Below are positions 17,514-17,634 of a stretch of 17,634 bases of DNA, piece by piece. The DNA lies in the NCBI GenBank assembly GCA_037441385.1, contig JBBISH010000124.1, positions 1-17,634 of the forward strand. The letters are read 5' to 3'. The translations under genes were made by a program, and so were the position numbers. Origin of the DNA: Myxococcales bacterium. Its GTDB lineage: Bacteria; Myxococcota_A; UBA9042. Position 1 is the stretch's first letter. Each line of letters begins with the position of its first letter. Under the pieces are notes generated by a model, which was given only the letters and a program-made list of their open reading frames with translations, was not told where the DNA came from and ran no database searches.

Positions 17514-17634
17514 GAGGGTGTGTACATATTATTCAGCCCCGAGCCGTGCCGTGATGAGGCGAATCATGGCGAGCGTCATCCAGGCCTTGCTGCTTGCGAT
17601 CGTCTCTTCGTAGTCCTTTGACAGCCGACGGTTG
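17514..17634 (-). mobile_element. Right end of an IS5-family (IS1031-type) insertion sequence, truncated by the window edge
   Basis: Putative terminal IR GAGGGTGTGTACATA begins at 17514, directly after TAA (17511-17513, candidate TNA target) and just downstream of a transposase stop. Confidence 0.75.
17529..17633 (-). CDS. IS5-family transposase, C-terminal 34 aa (partial; absent from the ORF track)
   Basis: Minus-strand translation NRRLSKDYEETIASSKAWMTLAMIRLITARLGAE*. RRLSKDYE...LAMIRL is the characteristic C-terminus of IS5/IS1031-type DDE transposases. Confidence 0.88.
   Translation of the reverse strand, partial: NRRLSKDYEETIASSKAWMTLAMIRLITARLGAE

Overview
GC-rich bacterial window, probably from a Myxococcota/Deltaproteobacteria-like lineage (inferred from lipoproteins with long Asp/Ala-rich linkers and a Hanks-type kinase). 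Plus strand: a UroD/MtaA-CmuA-family methyltransferase-like gene overlapping a DUF1638-like/HisKA/HATPase_c histidine kinase, a ~1180-aa repeat (beta-propeller-like) lipoprotein, a 17-unit (TTCAGG/TGCAGG) tandem repeat and a secreted Lys-rich hypothetical protein. Minus strand, in transcription order: AI-2E-family membrane protein, cNMP-binding Ser/Thr kinase, GH13 alpha-amylase lipoprotein, hrpB, SemiSWEET. At the right end are a divergent secreted HEAT-like protein and the 3' end of an IS5-family (IS1031-type) element abutting that gene's TAA stop. Most notable: (i) a ~125-nt structured intergenic element present twice in opposite orientation (1..126 and 11882..12002, ~87% identical by hand alignment), each copy just upstream of a gene; (ii) a putative corrinoid/methyl-sensing signalling module (UroD-like + DUF1638-like kinase); (iii) a second inverted-repeat-bounded structured element at 8808..8963. 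All calls come from reading motifs by eye; no database searches were run.
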